A stretch of 63,065 nucleotides of DNA, counting the filler, from Octopus bimaculoides (Eukaryota): the NCBI RefSeq assembly GCF_001194135.2. It is 5 parts of 4 records of this genome, joined end to end, with 100 filler letters (N's around TTAATTAATTAA, not from the genome) between each part and the next. Parts side by side here need not be neighbours in the genome. Positions count along the whole stretch, not along the records: positions 60,169 to 63,065 come from NC_068988.1; 4 more parts are not named here. The stretch is one strand, 5' to 3'. This document shows positions 60,169-63,065 of the stretch, one piece after another. Below the pieces are notes generated by a model. It was not told the DNA's origin, searched no databases, and was given only the letters and a program-made list of their open reading frames with translations. The number at the start of each line of letters is the position of its first letter. Position 1 is the first letter of the stretch. The translations under genes and the position numbers were made by a program.

Positions 60169-60305
60169 CCACCCCTGCCACTGCTGCCATCCCTACCACT
60201 GCTGTCACCGCCGCCACTGCTGTGATCGCTGTCATCGCTGCCACCGCCACTGTCACCAACGCAACATCACTGCTGCCAATGTCATACCACTACCACTACC
60301 AGTGC
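60169..60305. repeat. (CAC/CTG)-rich low-complexity tract
   Basis: Direct reading. Confidence 0.7.
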
Positions 60306-60694
60306 AACTGGTAGTGAAAAGACGAAATGCAAAGTCGTTCTCGGTGGTGTTTGAACTCAGAACCCGAAGACCGACGCAAGATCGCGGTAATAATTCTGCC
60401 AGCTCATCACCATGGTAATAACGGTGGACGTATGAGCGTTCATTTTTTTGCCCGAACTACCTGCACAAATGATTTTGTTTATGGTGATCAAATGTATGTG
60501 CCGTACAATAGCTCACTCCATCCATCAAATCACCATTGCCTGAATAGATGCACAGTGTACCACTCATCAGGTGTCGAAGTGATTGCAGAGCAAGGTGTGA
60601 TCAGGTGTTATTCTCAAGAACACAACACACCACTCGTCAAGTAATTGAAACTACGATTACGCGACCGTGAATGCACTATGCCATGCATCCTCAC

Positions 60695-60758
<64 letters not shown>

Positions 60759-60764
60759 GCTGAA

Positions 60765-61030
60765 GGCTGAAGTTCAAAAGATAGTGCTCATGGGAAATGC
60801 CCATATCCTACGTAAAATACTGTCTATGTGATCTCAAAATTTAAAACAAACACATCATTTTCTTATGGTTTCTTAAACATTCTCTAGAATAACACTATGT
60901 AAAAATCCAAATATTTTGTACCCTAGGTATAACGCCTACATGAACTTCTGACTTGTTGTCTCTTGAGGTCTCTCGGTGAGACTTGGATCCAACTTGTACA
61001 AATGCAAAGCAAAAGTCAAACATACAATAA
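60765..61030 (+). mobile_element. R4/Dong-like extreme 3' end between (AAT)n arrays
   Basis: EVQKIVLMGNAHILRKIL plus a 3' UTR homologous to 27460-27710 (reverse complement). Confidence 0.85.
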
Positions 61031-61059
61031 TAATAATAACAACAACAACAATTTCAAAT

Positions 61060-61460
61060 TTTGGCAAATCAGCGAGTTGGGAAGAGGGGGTTAAATGGAT
61101 CACATTGACCTCAGGTTCAACCGGTACGTTATTTTACCGACCTCGAAAGAATGAAACACCAAGTCGACCTCAGAATGTGAAAGACAGGTCAAATGCTGCT
61201 ACCATTTTTCCGGTATGCTAACGATTCTCTTAGTTCACCATATTTCCCGCCAACTCAATGCTTTCGAGTTTTGGCACTGGGCTAGCAGATTTTGAGGTGT
61301 GGTGGCTATTTAATTACTTCGATCCCCAGTAGTTGATCTGTATATAGTTTATCGACCACGAAAGGATACACGGAAAAATCGGGTGGAATTTGATCCCAAA
61401 ACTTAATGTCGGACAAAATGACGCTAATCACAATGTTCAGAGCGGCAACGACTCTGCCAA
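61060..61460 (-). mobile_element. Two diverged SINE family C copies
   Basis: Each carries reverse-complement gtcgacc/ggaatttga...gctaacgattct/actctgcca motifs. Confidence 0.6.
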
Positions 61461-61504
61461 AACAGCACCTTAACAACAACAACAACAACAACAACAACAC
61501 CAAC

Positions 61505-61945
61505 AACAATGGCCAAAAGGCCTGATATAGTTATCAGAGATCATCAAGAAAAATGCTTTCTAATCGATGTATCAATACTAACAGATGACAATGTTTCCCT
61601 AAAAGAAACGGGGAAACATACAAAATGCAAAGATCTGGAAATAGAGGTAACTCGAAGGTGGAGTCTAAAAACAGAAACAATTCCTATCATAGTGGGCGCA
61701 TTAGGTATGATAAAAAAAATATTCAGACAAATACATAACAAAACACCAGGACTAACAGTATATGCAACATACACAAAACAGCACTATTAGGCACCGCATA
61801 CATCCTACGTAAAACACTTTCAATACAGTAAACATAAGAGCATCACAATAAACCACAGTACATACCCAAGGCACAAAGAGCTGAGCTCGGTAGTGCATTG
61901 AAAGCACGTGATAAAAATCAAACCACTGAATAATAATAATTGCTG
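61505..61945 (+). mobile_element. R4/Dong-like RLE domain and 3' UTR between (AAC)n and (AAT)n
   Basis: AKRPDIVIRD...FLIDVSI..DDNVSLKE..K...KDLEIEVTRRWSLKTETIPIIVGALG. Confidence 0.9.
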
Positions 61946-62395
61946 CTAANNNNNNNNNNNNNNNNNNNNNNNNNNNNNNNNNNNNNNNNNNNNNNNNNNN
62001 NNNNNNNNNNNNNNNNNNNNNNNNNNNNNNNNNNNNNNNNNNNNNNNNNNNNNNNNNNNNNNNNNNNNNNNNNNNNNNNNNNNNNNNNNNNNNNNNNNNN
62101 NNNNNNNNNNNNNNNNNNNNNNNNNNNNNNNNNNNNNNNNNNNNNNNNNNNNNNNNNNNNNNNNNNNNNNNNNNNNNNNNNNNNNNNNNNNNNNNNNNNN
62201 NNNNNNNNNNNNNNNNNNNNNNNNNNNNNNNNNNNNNNNNNNNNNNNNNNNNNNNNNNNNNNNNNNNNNNNNNNNNNNNNNNNNNNNNNNNNNNNNNNNN
62301 NNNNNNNNNNNNNNNNNNNNNNNNNNNNNNNNNNNNNNNNNNNNNNNNNNNNNNNNNNNNNNNNNNNNNNNNNNNNNNNNNNNNNNNNNNNNNNA

Positions 62396-62625
62396 CTCTT
62401 TCACCACAACTTTCTCTCACTCTTACTTCCTGTTTCTGTTGTGCCTGTAATTCAAAAGGTCAGCCTTGTCACACTGTGTCACGCTGAATATCTCTGAGAA
62501 CTACGTTAAGGGTACATGTGTCTGTGGAGTGCTCAGCCACTTGCACGCTAATTTCACGAGCAGGCTGTTCCGGTGATCGGATCAACTGGAAACCTCGACG
62601 TCGTAAGCGACGGAGTGCCAACAAC
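62396..62625 (+). mobile_element. SINE family A 3' body
   Basis: Same body as 41349-41585. Confidence 0.9.
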
Positions 62626-62789
62626 AATATTAATAATGATGATCATGATAATGATGATTTCTTTATTTGCCACAAGGGCATCAAATGGGGGAAATATTGC
62701 AAAGACAGGTTAGAATTTCTGTGGAATAAGACAAAAGGTTACTGATCTGGGCACAAAAAACGAAATTTCGGGGCCATTTGGGTAGTCAT

Positions 62790-62950
62790 TATCATTCAGT
62801 TAGGTTTTGATGGATACTTTATCTTGTCTATTCCGAGCAAGCGAAAGTAAATTCAACTTCAGTGGGATTTGAACTCAGAGCTTTTTGAACCAGGACAAAT
62901 GCTGCAAATTAGTATTTTCTTCTGACGCTCTAACGATTCTGCTAATCCTA
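62790..62950 (-). mobile_element. Diverged SINE family C copy
   Basis: gggatttgaactcagag...gacgctctaacgattctgc. Confidence 0.6.
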
Positions 62951-63065
62951 ACCAAAGCTGAACATTGAAACAATAAGAAAACAAAAAAAACAAAAAACAA
63001 AAATAAAACCCCAGCAGCAAAAGAGCAAGCGAAAGAAGAAGAAGAAGAAGAAGAAAAACAATATC

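Overview
Repeat-dense, AT-rich animal genomic DNA from a gapped short-read draft assembly (roughly 7 kb of N, most gaps starting at microsatellites). The SINE, LINE and microsatellite complement resembles what I recall of coleoid cephalopod (Octopus) genomes; that is an inference, not a database result. Only one intact cellular gene is supportable: a single-exon 831-aa metazoan-type glycogen phosphorylase (49193-51688, minus). Its catalytic and PLP residues are intact, but its N-terminal phosphorylase-kinase (Ser14) motif is destroyed and the 280s loop is altered. It is best read as an old, apparently still-selected retrogene with rewired regulation. The rest is decayed mobile DNA: many R4/Dong-like non-LTR fragments (one group lodged in same-orientation (TAA)n arrays together with a non-coding ~545-bp element), Tx1/L1, RTE (one with a PHD finger), a Penelope GIY-YIG fragment with inverted pseudo-LTRs and a hammerhead-like vestige, mariner and maT-like transposons, MITE/TIR elements, a Helitron helicase, two candidate solo LTRs and at least five short-repeat/SINE families (labelled A-D and F here). 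Most ORF-track entries are microsatellite or N-gap artefacts. Repeat boundaries are approximate, read by eye.
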